From Tubiluchus corallicola (Eukaryota > Animalia > Priapulida), in assembly GCA_030141605.1 (NCBI GenBank), contig JAQGDQ010000293.1:62001-126000 (forward strand): a stretch of DNA of 64,000 bases, in the 5' to 3' direction. Positions within the stretch are counted from its first letter, which is position 1, and each line of letters begins with the position of its first letter. Below the pieces are notes generated by a model, which worked only from the letters and a program-made list of their open reading frames with translations, had not been told where the DNA came from and searched no databases. Shown here piece by piece: positions 28,411-40,381 of this stretch. The position numbers and the translations under genes are program-made.

Positions 28411-28700
28411 CGTTGTTTAAAAGTTTGAAGAAATTATCAGATCTTTTGTAGCACACTTCGCTAACTAAACAAAAGTATAAACTACTATATAGTGTCAATA
28501 AGATCAATAATGTACTTTTTTGGTGAATCAGTGGTGCACACTGGGATGGCGATGCAGTGCTGGCGCGAAAATTTCATATTATTAAGAACTTTCTTTTCCT
28601 GCTACATAAGTCTTTCAAATAGGTGAGGACCATGCTAAATAGTATAACTTTGTATGGAAAGTTTTATGGGATATACTTTAAAATTGTCTTTTCTTGCCCT
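28411..28700 (+). mobile_element. Kolobok-like family B short form, right half
   Basis: Ends AAATTGTCTTTTCTTGCCCT|TTAA; body aligns to 8660-8935. Confidence 0.75.
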
Positions 28701-28767
28701 TTAAACTCTTATTTTTTGATGTATTGAATTTCAAATAATCGGTCTAAATTCACCATCCAATCATAAC

Positions 28768-28890
28768 GCTGATATTTTGATTCTGACTTTGATTGTTGAG
28801 AAAATACTTTGTCCTTCTAAATAATTATGCTCTCTTTATTTTTAGTAGCCATTGAGAGTTTTAAACTGTTAGCGGATAGCTCTATATTTT
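28768..28890 (-). repeat. Right arm of inverted repeat pair (partner 27200-27310)
   Basis: Reverse complement of 27200-27310 apart from one indel and a few substitutions. Confidence 0.85.
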
Positions 28891-29699
28891 GTCATTTTTC
28901 TCAGGCTATTGTAGCTGTAATAATACTTATTGTTGGCTAAGTGGTGCAATTTTAATATAAGATTTAACGTTTCTGTAATTGCAGTTCAGCTTCCTGGCAC
29001 CTGCATCATTAGAAGAAGATTCAAGCTAGAAACAGAATGAAATCCGAACTTTTCAACAATTATCCGACTTACTGTGCGGCTTTGAATAAATCCAGGTTTT
29101 TCCTTGTCACATTATAAAGCAAGACTGTCAGCTTGAATATAAAATTACGTTTGTAAAGCGTTTCGGGTTTTAGTTGAAATTCTCACAAAATTGATTCTGC
29201 AAGTCAAATAAAATGTTTACTGTGACGAAAAGTCCAACAGAGCAGCGACTGAACGAAGGATTTTAATGAAGTTTAGTTTGCATATACGTTCATATATGAA
29301 CACATTGGCATATATGACTACATAATTAAAATTAATTACCTTAATGAGTATTAGCACTGTTTTATGCCTTGAATCAAAATGAGCATTTTTTCACCATTCT
29401 GGTAGACTAAATACCCATTCATTTTGGTCAAATTGCAGCCATCTTTTTGGACATCATAATTAGGTCTTTTGCAATTCTCAAATTTCGGCATAATTTGGAT
29501 ATGTTATTCTCTGGAACAAATACTACGATAAAACACCAACAATGTTTTTCTTGCGTTTTTTGTATAGGGCTGTTTTTGCATTATTTTGATCCAACTATAT
29601 ATACTTAATGCTAATAAGTACTTGCAGTGGACTCTGGTAGAAAAACTGTTTAAAAATTTTGAAACCGGAATGTATACGTTTATTGCAATTTTAATACAT

Positions 29700-29831
29700 T
29701 TAAGTAAGTAAGTAGGTAGGTAGGTAGGTAGGTAGGTAGGTAGGTAGGTAGGTAGGTAGGTAGGTAGGTAGGTAGGTAGGTAGGTAGGTAGGTAGGTAGG
29801 TAGGTAGGTAGGTAGGTAGGTAGGTAGGTAG

Positions 29832-29874
<43 letters not shown>

Positions 29875-30089
29875 GGTAAGTAGGTAAAGTAGGTAAAGTA
29901 GGTAAGTAAGTAAGAAAGTAAGTAAGTAAGTAACATCTTTATTTGCCATAATATATTGAGAATCATAAGAAAATATTAAAATGCTCAATCAGTGATAGTT
30001 AAAAAAACATACACTGTTGCAGGCAAATGCGTCAGTGCAAAAACTAAACTACAGGCGAAAAAGTAAAATTAAGTCGTTTAATATGGCCT
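29700..30089 (-). mobile_element. Retroposon 3' end with (CTTA/CCTA)n tail, copy 1
   Basis: Minus strand ends ...GGCAAATAAAGATGTTACTTACTTAC with an expanded tail; nearly identical to 31751-32005. Confidence 0.7.
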
Positions 30090-30274
30090 GTGGTAAATGA
30101 ATTCTGCATTAGTGTGCAAATTGTCATAGTGCAAGTGCAAGTTACAGAAACCTGTGCCACTCCAACCCAATTTTTAGCGGTTTCACGACATTGACACCGC
30201 ACAGAATATTATTTTACTGGATTTAAAACACTAAGATAAGAACTGATGTTAATAAAGTGGATTGAATAATTTTC

Positions 30275-30734
30275 GTTTCATTTCATTGCTGGAATCAGGT
30301 CCTTTGACAGGGCCCTTGCAACCACTTTAGTCAGTGTCGTCCTGTCATGTAACCTCCCTTGTCTCTTCTATATTTTTAATGTCTAAAGGTGCGTTTATAA
30401 GATCTTTTTGGATTAAATTAATGCAAGTCGCTTGTTCTCCTTGCGGTTTCTTTTCTTTCTTCTGTACTTCTTTGAAAGCTAATTTTAATGGGCTGTCGTC
30501 TGGTAGTCGTCTCACATGTCCTATCCATCTTAATCTTCTGTTTTTGATCTCTTTCAGATGTCCTCTCTGTACATTCCTCTGAATGACATTATTATACAGA
30601 TCATAGTTTAGTATTTTCTTTGGCCACACTTTGTTCCTGTAGTTTCTTCTATGAAATGTTTCTATTTCTGATTTGTGTTGTGCCTTGACTATCCATAATT
30701 CTGAGTTGCAGAGAAATACCACTAGTAGTACCAC
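30275..30734 (-). mobile_element. RTE-clade LINE ORF2 3' fragment
   Basis: FLCNSELW...EIETFHRR...IKNRRLRWIGHVRRLPDD matches the RTE Y..E.W / RRLRW.GHV.R motifs; homologous to 62990-63450. Confidence 0.85.
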
Positions 30735-31106
30735 TTTTCACAGTTTTTGTGCGCACGCGCAGTTGCTGTAGATCAAAGGTTAACTGTACCACAACAACGC
30801 GCTTTAACTACAACCGTCAAGCAACTTATGGGTAAAGCAAAGACGTCTGCCGCATCACTTTTGTAACTTCAGTTGCTTTACTTAATTATGCATTAGTCTG
30901 TGCGCACAATGATTTACTAGCAGGATCTTGCTTAGGAACGAGAAAAAATGAACTAGATAAGGTTCTAGCTAGTTCTTAAAAGTGTTAATATTACAATAGA
31001 ACGGGCTGTGAGGCGTTATCAAGTGTACACAAATGCATTGTCAGGTACACTTAACCGTTGACCTTTTCCCGATCATCATCAATCACTGGAACTGTGAAAA
31101 GGCTTA
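30729..31106 (+). mobile_element. MITE family C (TIR CTTTTCACAGTT; possibly Academ-like)
   Basis: CTTTTCACAGTT (30734) ... AACTGTGAAAAG (31090); inverted full copy at 44909-45266 and partial copy at 60075-60297. Confidence 0.75.
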
Positions 31107-31632
31107 TTGATTGAATAATTATTGTAACACAAGTGAACAATTGTTCTGCTGCTTCTGCTATCCTAATACCTGTTACCACCTTATCTGTTTTGTCTCAGTA
31201 ACACTTTAGTCAGTAGCACTTTAGTCAATGCACTACATATTTATAGTAAACATATTATGTAACTGGAATTCTCAGAATTTCACGACATTTTACTGAACTG
31301 CCATCAAATTTACAGTTTATGAAGCCATGCACGTTTAAACATATTTAATGCAAGGAAATATTACTCTTTAGAAATTTATTTGTCACTCTCCTGGTCACTG
31401 TAATTCCTCATTTCTTCAATCTAATCATGAGAATAACCATCTTATGCGCGCATTTTAATCCAGAGTTAAAGGGTTTTGATCCGCAAAAGCAAATAAAAAC
31501 TAGTGAGAATCGATGAATAGAGAGAGCAATTGAATACTGAACGAAAAAAACTGACAAGGTTAGCAAAAGTTGTTTTGTAAGATGATGAACTGAATAATTT
31601 AAACGAACCAATTAATTTTATTCAAAAAGGGG

Positions 31633-31666
<34 letters not shown>

Positions 31667-31750
31667 GTATATTTGCTTGAAATCGATAATAACCATAAGC
31701 GTAAACAAAAAACGATAATACGTTCTAATATATATATATATATATATATA

Positions 31751-32005
31751 TAAGTAAGTAAGTAAGTAAATAAGTGAGTAAGTAACATCTTTATTTGCCA
31801 TAATATATTGAGAATCATAAGAAAATATTAAAATGCTCAATCAGTGATAGTTAAAAAAACATACACTGTTGGAGGCAAATGCGTCAGTGCAAAAACTAAA
31901 CTACAGGCGAAAAAAATAGTAAATCATAGCTATAAACTCAAACTTTACATATTTTACAAATTGACAAACTGACTATCAGTAAAATTAAGTCGTTTAATAT
32001 GGCCT
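31751..32005 (-). mobile_element. Retroposon 3' end with (CTTA)n tail, copy 2
   Basis: Near-identical to 29920-30089 plus ~60 bp that copy 1 lacks; both stop at ...TATGGCCT. Confidence 0.7.
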
Positions 32006-32045
32006 ATATATATATGTTATATGTATGTGTATATTTATATTTATG

Positions 32046-32192
32046 TTTGCTTTACTGAAATCAATAATAACCATAAGCGTAAACAAAAAACGATAATACG
32101 TTCTAATTGACGATAATAAAATACATATATTACAACGTATTGACGTTTTTTTTGCTTACGCTTATGATCATTATTGATTTCAGTAAAGCAAA
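32046..32192. repeat. Hairpin/MITE with ~47-bp inverted arms
   Basis: TTTGCTTTACTGAAATCAATAAT.A.CATAAGCGTAA.CAAAAAACG / CGTTTTTTTTGCTTACGCTTATGATCATTATTGATTTCAGTAAAGCAAA. Confidence 0.75.
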
Positions 32193-33015
32193 TATTTAAT
32201 TTGCAATTTCCCCACTAATTTATTTTCCATTAATTTGGTCAATTAATAAGTCATTAGCTGTGCTCGATTAATTTTACATGAGCAATGTGTAGAAAAACAG
32301 GTGTTGACGTTCAATTAACTTTTATCTTGTACGTTGCGAAACAAAAGCGCACTTGATTGCAAATGAGAATTAAAATTAACAATGTTGTTAGTAGCGATGG
32401 TGACGACAAGGACATTGACGCGAAATGATCAATTTCACTTATATTAAACTGGTGGCGATGCTAGTGGCTGTTGCTAGTGCTGCTGTTGATGATGATAGTG
32501 GCGATGGTGGTGGTTATAGTGGTGGTGGTGGTGGTGGTGGTGGCGGCAGCGGTGGTGGAGGTGATGATGATGATGATGGTGATGATGATGGTGATGCTGA
32601 TGATGCTGATGATGATGATGATAAAGCCTGCTTAAAGTGATACATGCAAAGATGTATAGAAATGGTTAGTAAGCTTTTCCTTGCGGGCCTTTAGTAATGC
32701 AAAAGAACTAATTTAGTGTCTAATAAAGAACCGATTTTTTATGTTTCTTCGCCATCTTTGAAACCCCTTGACGTTCCAAATCCTTGACGCATATTCGACG
32801 TTTTTTTGTTCTTCTCTCTACTTGACACTCTTTGGTAGAACTTTCCTTTAACGTTCTTGATGTTGTTCGACGCCCCTGAAGCTAAATGGTAGTTCGACGC
32901 CCCTGACGCTAAATGGTAGACCTAGTGTGATGTACGTAATTTTGTTTTCTATCTAGAATGGTCGTCGAGGTATGATTGTCCGTAATAAAGCAAAGACTTT
33001 GTTCTCCCAGTGCAT

Positions 33016-33449
33016 TGTGAAAGTTAGTTATGAAGTTGAAATTGAACACTTGTAGAAAACAACTAAACACTATATTACATGTTTGCACAAAAACTGAAAC
33101 ACTTTTATTGCACTAAATACACATGAGTAAAATACACAAGTAAAATGAAGATCACGACTGCTGCACTGCACTGTGAGAGTGAGTCAGATAGTGTGTAGCA
33201 CGACTGCACGTCACTGAGAGCGTGACAGAGAGACAGTGCTAGAAGTGAATTCCAGGAGGTATATATAGGTAGAGAACTATGCAAGAACTTGGCTTCACAT
33301 ATCCCATTACAGTAAAAATAGGGGAGATCCAGTGAGTTTGCATATTCACTGGACCGAACAATTGTACTTGGGGTGAGTTTAACTAGTAAATGTTAAAGTG
33401 ACTAATCAATAGATGGCAGCACCTAAAATATACAGTTACAACTTTCACA
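33016..33449 (-). mobile_element. Solo LTR (434 bp) of an LTR retrotransposon
   Basis: TGCAT|TGTGAAAGTT...AACTTTCACA|TGCAT: TG..CA ends, 10-bp terminal inverted repeat, perfect 5-bp TSD; on the minus strand TATATATA (33267-33260) precedes AATAAA (33109-33104). Confidence 0.9.
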
Positions 33450-35869
33450 TGCATCATCATTTGTGCTGCAAAATTGTATGAGGTTTACCTTATAATGCGA
33501 TGACCTTGTTGGCTATTATCATAATTGTGATTCTCATCATAGGCAGTTTACATGCCACTTTCAACCGGATCAGGTTCAGATTAGCCTAAGCCCAAACCCG
33601 AAGACACATTAGCTAATTCTTCGAAATGAGAAATGTTGTTGCAAACTTGTTCTGCGTTTCCTACCTTTCTGTTTTCGCCACTATTTTGACCATTTTGAAC
33701 CGATTTTGTGTTCGAAAAATAGTGTTTTATTTAGTCTAGCTAGAAAATGATTACTTACTTAGTGAATTTGCACAGTTACATTTATGTTGAGATTTCTGAA
33801 AGGAATTCGGCTAAATTGGTCCAAGATTGCCAATTGCCAAGCATGCCAAGCATCAAATTTCTCTCAAATTGAACTTGATTACAATTTATTGGGTGTGGGC
33901 ATTGATTTCTGCAGTCATCATCATGTAGTGAACACAAAGGAATAGTTCGTGCTTCTTCCGCTTGGCTTTACGTATTAATTTGCGTCTAGTGAGATACCAA
34001 ATCGCCACTTGATGGAGCAATACGTCCTCTAATGAACGTAATAGCTTGCGAATGCGACGAGTAATTAAATAAAGCAATTCAACTCCATTTTCAAATTGTC
34101 TTTTTCGCTCAATGAGTAAAGTGCGGGCGTTGCTATGACAAAGTGGAACTGAAAACTGTTAGCCAATAGGGCACACTAGCACAGTCAACGTCTGGCATTA
34201 AATATGCTTTTAACAGTATCTAAAAGTTACTACCATCTGTCACCAACTCAATAATGTTAATCATTGTCATCATCATAATCATCGTCATCATTGTCGTCAT
34301 CATCATCATCATCATCATAACTGTCATTGTCGTCATCACCATTATCGTCATCATTATCAGCATTATCATTGTTATCATCAGAAACAGTTATATCATGACT
34401 ACTGGCTGCCGGACTCGTTCTCTTGTTCTTTTTGCTGTCTCTTTCTCGTCGTTTTTTTCTTGTTTTTTTGTTCTTGATGCGCACGCATACGCACGCATGT
34501 ACACACGCATGCACAAACGTCTTCCAGGAAAAATGAATAAGGTTCATTGGCTGTTAGATTTTTTCCGTCTCTTGATTGTTCAATATCTCGCTTGAGATTT
34601 ACTTTTTTACATCAACTGCTTCCAGCGTGAAGAAAGTGAGAGAAGAATTTATCGCCCAAAGGGATTAGTTTTAGATGGCACTTTGCTGTGCAAACGCTAG
34701 GCAGGAAATTAGTGCACTAAAACAACACCGTAAAACAGCAGTCAAACAAAATGGCTCCATTTTTCTACGTGACTGAGGACTAAAATAAATTCTGTTAACT
34801 TTGTCAGCGTGGAAATAATGTGTGTTGAAATGTTGCACGTTTATGTGTGGTTCAATACTTAGAAATTTGGTAGGGCGTGATATCCCGTTGGAACTTCTCG
34901 GGCAGTTGCTTGAGGAGGGGGGGGGGGCGATGTGTTCTAGTTCACAGTATAAAATACAAACTATTCAGCGCAGTAATAACTTCCAATGTTTCACATAATA
35001 GGTGAGGGAAAAATGTCAGTTTAGTGAAATTATCTTTAGTTTTCTGTTTCAAAACTGGCAACGAACAAATGTATAGAATACAAACCACGTATTAAAATTT
35101 GGTTAAGTTGAATTATTGCACAACAGAAAACCATAGAAACGAATTATTTTGTTATTGAGAATCATAATTATTATAATATAGCGTAAAAAAGAAAAGATGA
35201 GAACCCGACGCAAATTTGAACTAGAAACCTGTTGGAGCCTGCAGCTAGTGAGCCAGCGGGATCGAAATAAGGATTGGAACGCATTTCAGCAATCTGTAAA
35301 AAAACCATTCAAAACCCGCATACGAGCAGAACAGGCGGAGAGTTTGGTTTTTACATCTGCTGCACTATTAATAGTATTACAAAAGCTTATTTTTTTCAAT
35401 TAGTTGACATATTACTGAAGCGAATCAAAAATTGTGTTGACGGTTTTAAGTTGAGAAGGCTGTATGAAGTAAGCTATTATATTTCCAAGTTGAAGCTGAC
35501 GGTTGGCCGGTCTGTTTTGTGTCCTCACTAAACAAAGAGCCACGCACATAACACATTTCCAATCATAAGGAACTATGTGCGTGTATGCTATGTACATAAC
35601 AGTTATGTTTGCATAGCCGACAAATATTATTCTTGAAGGTTCGTTTCTGTTTCTATCATGCACAATATTAAAGCAATGTTATTATTGATAACTGTTAAAG
35701 TTGGAATTATTATATCACGGGTTTCAGAATAGTTTTAATTTTGGTATTAATTGTTATGGTATTATACATGAGTGTCCTATACATCAAGGTCCAAATGCAT
35801 GTCCTTGTCAGATATTTGAACCCGATTCATCCCATCCAGCACTGTGAACTTCGCGATACTGAGTCTATT

Positions 35870-35973
35870 GTGGGGTAATAATAGTCTCTGTTATGTAGTT
35901 GTAGGTTGTTATTTACAGTCGGCGATGATAGCTCTTTGAGCTAATGTTAATTTTTGACCCAAAAGCCGACTTT

Positions 35974-36053
<80 letters not shown>
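35870..36053 (+). mobile_element. Retroposon 3' tail shared with the V-SINE at 22466
   Basis: GTGGGGTAATAAT...TCTGTTATGTAGTTGT...ACAGTCGG...GCCGACTTTAAATAAAGA+(TTA)n matches 22607-22720. Confidence 0.75.
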
Positions 36054-36056
<3 letters not shown>

Positions 36057-36199
36057 TGGTATTGTGGTCCGGTAGTATTGACAACTCTACGTCTGTCGTT
36101 TTAGCTCCTCTTTCGTATCCACTAGACCTGTTAATTTTATCACTGGCCCCGGTGTTTATTCTAGCACCTACCTGACGTCTAAGTAATCTGTTCCCTTAA

Positions 36200-36799
36200 A
36201 ACAAGACCTTAGGTTAAACTGTAGGTCAAAATAATCTACTCTTTTAAATATTGAAAGGAAACATACTATTTTTAAAGAATGCTTTGCATGAAAGAATCAT
36301 TACCACACACACCCAATTTTTCGTCCGCGCCACTAGTTCTTCGCTGTTACATGCATTTTGCCATTCGCTAGTTAGACGCGCACTATCGCCTGCATTTCGG
36401 AAACGCATTGGACAAAAAAACAGATGCTGTACATCTCAGGTCAGATGTATTCCTTTCTGACGTACTGCCCACGTTCGACAGCTCATGCGTGATCACAGCG
36501 GTAAATTTGAAATTTGCATTTTTATCTTAAAACTTGTCGAGTTTTAGTACAACACGCTGAATACCTTACAGTAGCAATGCTCTTCAATTTTCGCTTTCGC
36601 ATACACGTGCAACCTTTTGCTGTTGAAAATTATGTTCGTTTGTGATGTCATCAATAGTTGGGCTCACGCACCACTAATTAAGATTTTAATCTATTATTTA
36701 AGTATGACAAACGCTTTTCCAATATTATTGGTGTTGCAATGTATACTTTTTACCGTACTTGAAAATGGGATAGTATATGGAAAATCATCCTGTCTTCCT
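36200..36799 (+). mobile_element. Kolobok-like family A (copy 3)
   Basis: Body aligns to 5237-5836; right end TCCTGTCTTCCT|TTAA. Confidence 0.85.
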
Positions 36800-37654
36800 T
36801 TAAGTGCTTTCTAGAGAACGGTTGTTCCTTCAACGCCTACAGAACCGATGGCTTCAGCTTCAATTTAGCAGTAATACTCCTTGTTTCAAGGCAAAAACTC
36901 TAAATTGATTTTTGTCCTCCTTCTTCGTGTTTAGAACAAAATTAATTTAGGAATTTCATTATAACTTGTCGCATTAATTTGCATCTCACGCGCATCTTAA
37001 AATTAAACATAGAATGATTATGCTGCCCGCGTTTTGGAGGATTAATTATGCACGCAAGAATACAGCTCGAGTCTCCATCCCTACATGCTATTCTTCCATC
37101 CCTATTAACGGCGGTATGGACATCACAATATCAGCACTAATGTGTTTGCTAAATGTTTGCTCAGTATCTCTTACCTCCTAAACACTTGACGACTTGAGCC
37201 TTGTTGAATTACTGGTGATCAATCTCGACTTTTGCCATTGTGTTTGGTTAATGTTATGCTGTTCGGTCAATGTTACCGTGTATATTCATGTCTAAATTGT
37301 TGACTCCGTTAATTGTTTGTTGAGGTGTCATTGCAGAGTAAAACAAGTCTAAAGCGATATGGCCACGTGCTTACAAAAAATCGAAGAGCTATTAATTGTA
37401 TAGCACTTTTTAATATTATTTATTTTTGCAATAAACAACAAACAATTGATGACACTCCTCCAGGGATGAACATTTAAATATATATTAACTTATACGTAAC
37501 ATTTATATGACAAACAACAATAGCCAGCGAGATTAAAAGGATAAGTTGTGAATAAATTACGATAAAAGTTATGTAATTCATTAGTGTGTAAGCACTAAAA
37601 TGTTTACATTGAAAACAACATATGTTTGGCAGTAAATTTAGATACAGACATTAA

Positions 37655-38282
37655 AGCAAAACCGGACCCAATATTAAACTGTTAGGTAAAAGCAACCTAT
37701 TCTTTAAAATATTGAAAGTAAACATGGTATTTTTAAAGACTGCCTTGTGTGAAAGAATTATTACCACACAAACGCAATTTCACGTTCGCGCCACTAGTTC
37801 TTCGCTGTTACATGCGTTTTGCCATTCGCTACTTAGACGGGAACCAGCGCCTGCATTTTGGAAAGCGTTGCACAAAAAACAGCTGCTGTACCTCTCAGTT
37901 CAGATGTGTTAGTTTGGGACGAACTGCACACGTTCGACAGCTCATACGTGAGTACATCGGTAAATTTGAATTTTGAATTTTTATCATAAAACTTGCCGAG
38001 TTTTAGTACAACACAATGAACCTCTTACAGTAGCACTGCACTTCAATTTCCACTTTCGCAAACACGTGCAACATTTATGGAATATTTGTGGAATATTTTT
38101 GATGTAGAAATTTTTGTTAGTTTGTGATGTCATCAGCAATTGGGCTTGCGCGTCGTTAATTAAGTTTCTGATCTAATTATTTAATTATCAGAAACGCTTT
38201 TGTCCTATTATTGGTGTTAAAGCGTATTCTTTTTACCGTACTTGAAAATTGGGTAGTATATGAAAAATCATCCTGTCTTCCT
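37655..38282 (+). mobile_element. Kolobok-like family A (copy 4, best preserved)
   Basis: TTAA|AGCAAAACCGGACCC...TCCTGTCTTCCT|TTAA. Confidence 0.88.
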
Positions 38283-38649
38283 TTAAAGCTGAAGCGTGCC
38301 AATTTGGTGAAAATTTTAAATAGACAATTACATATGAGGAGATGATAACAAGCTTCATTAGGGCTCGTTGGACGTTGCATTTCAGATAATTTTCGTCTAT
38401 AATGAAACCATTTCCAAAGTTTTTTAATCATACTGTAATTGTCAGCAGAAATGGAAATGCGACCGCCGATTTTGAATTGAAGAAGCGACACTTCAAAATT
38501 CAATCCTATCTGTCAGTTCATTGCTTGTAAAGTAATATTGCCTGTTAAAATGCAAAACAGAAGAGTAGTTTTGAACCGAAAGAAGTAAAATCTTAGCAGC
38601 CCTTTTGAGTGAAACGAAATATAAAAGAATTGCAAATTTAGCTTAAACT

Positions 38650-38905
38650 TATTCATCATCTTCATCATATGCCCGTTACATCTATTGTAGACATTGGGCA
38701 GACAGAATTCTAAAATAAAAGAGAAATAGTATAATATTTGATATATATAATGAAAATTATAATAACAATTACGTCCATTGTAGCCATTGGGCAGGCAGAC
38801 TTCAAAAATAAAAGAAAAACTGCCCTCGAAACAGGTAAACACAGCAGTAATTCAATAAAAAACGACACTACTATGCCAGTGGCTTGCCAGCACCACTTCC
38901 GTGCC
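38650..38905 (-). mobile_element. Retroposon 3' end (same family as 7320-7640) with a partly duplicated tail
   Basis: Homology to 7490-7633; ATTGTAG.CATTGGGCAG.CAGA.TTC.AAAATAAAAGA occurs twice (~38683, ~38777). Confidence 0.6.
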
Positions 38906-40381
38906 ATAAAAATATGGAATGCTTCACAAATTTGCGTGTCATCCTTCATCATTCAGAAATATTACTGAACCACAGCTATTTGTACCAACGCACAATTGGC
39001 AGTATGAAAAATCTTGACAAGATCGTAGGCCCCATAGGCAAAGGCCAAACCACGGATATTGCATTAACTATTGAAGAACTGCCTCTCTATCATAATTGAT
39101 TACATAATACACTGTTAGCATAATACACTGTTAGCATAATACATTGTACCGTTTGGTAACTGTCCCGATATTGACCTAACAAAGTTAGTCTGGAGATTTC
39201 CTACTAAGATTCTGCACACAGAATCTCTGGTTTTTTGTTTTTGAATGAGAAGTTTTACGTGTGTAAAAGACAAATAATAGTGGGCCTAATGCCCAAGGCA
39301 TGTGAATGCTAAGTAATAAATCTTGAAGTCAGGTGGCAAAGTTTCCTCACGGTTCGTTTTGTTACAGTCCAAAATTCACGTAAGAACGCCTAGTGGTTTT
39401 TAGTGACAGTGTTACGAAGTAAGTATGTTCTGGTGGCTGAGAAACAAAATATACAGTTGTATATTTTATTAAAAACCAATAGAATGTGTGATGGACGTTA
39501 AACTCAAAGGCTGCATGCTGCCGCCATCTAGTGTTGCGTTTAGCAATCTGTTCATGCTATTTAGTGTAGCTTGTGGCTTAAGGGTCGATGTGTTCGCTGG
39601 CTTCACGAACAGCTAGTCGCCAAGGCGAAATCGAGTAATCGTGCTAAGTTTGCGATTTTTGCTAGGGTGTGGCGCCACTTGAATAGATGTAATCACTTTC
39701 ATAGCGACTCAGTATGCCAGTAAGTCAAGTTTAAACCCTTTTAACAACTGCTACAAACTTGCTATATTATGGCTTATGAAAAGTTAAAACATTAATCTTT
39801 AAGTCGTACGAACTTCATTTACATATATTTGCCTATGTATGTATGTATGTATATGTATACATTAATGTATATATGTATACACTTTTACATGTATATATTA
39901 ATTACAATGTAATTAAAGTACAATTAAACACAAAAAGTGTGTTAGAAATTGTTCTATCGACCAGGAATAAATCGCCTTTACTTAATTTTTAAATTGGGAA
40001 TCCCAGTTTTAATTATATGTGTTCACAATCTCTAATTACGTTCTAATAAATAGGTGAAAATTGCGTGGCGAACAAGAGTTAGATGATCTAACCGCTTAAA
40101 GGAAGGTTCTACAGGAAGGCCCGTTGTTCCCTCTTCCCTGTTCCCTCCACATATATTTGTTATATATATTTGTAGTGCAATATTACCAATACGTAATATG
40201 AATCTGTATGTATGTAAACATATCTTTCGTTGTGAATTAAATTCAAATTCAATTCAAATTCATTTACGATTTTTTTGGATAGTAAGGCCAGTGCATGTTA
40301 GCACGTTGAGTGAAAGTCATGAATTGGCTCGATCTAAGTAATTAATTGATCCAACTAGTTAAAGCGTTAATTGACTACACT

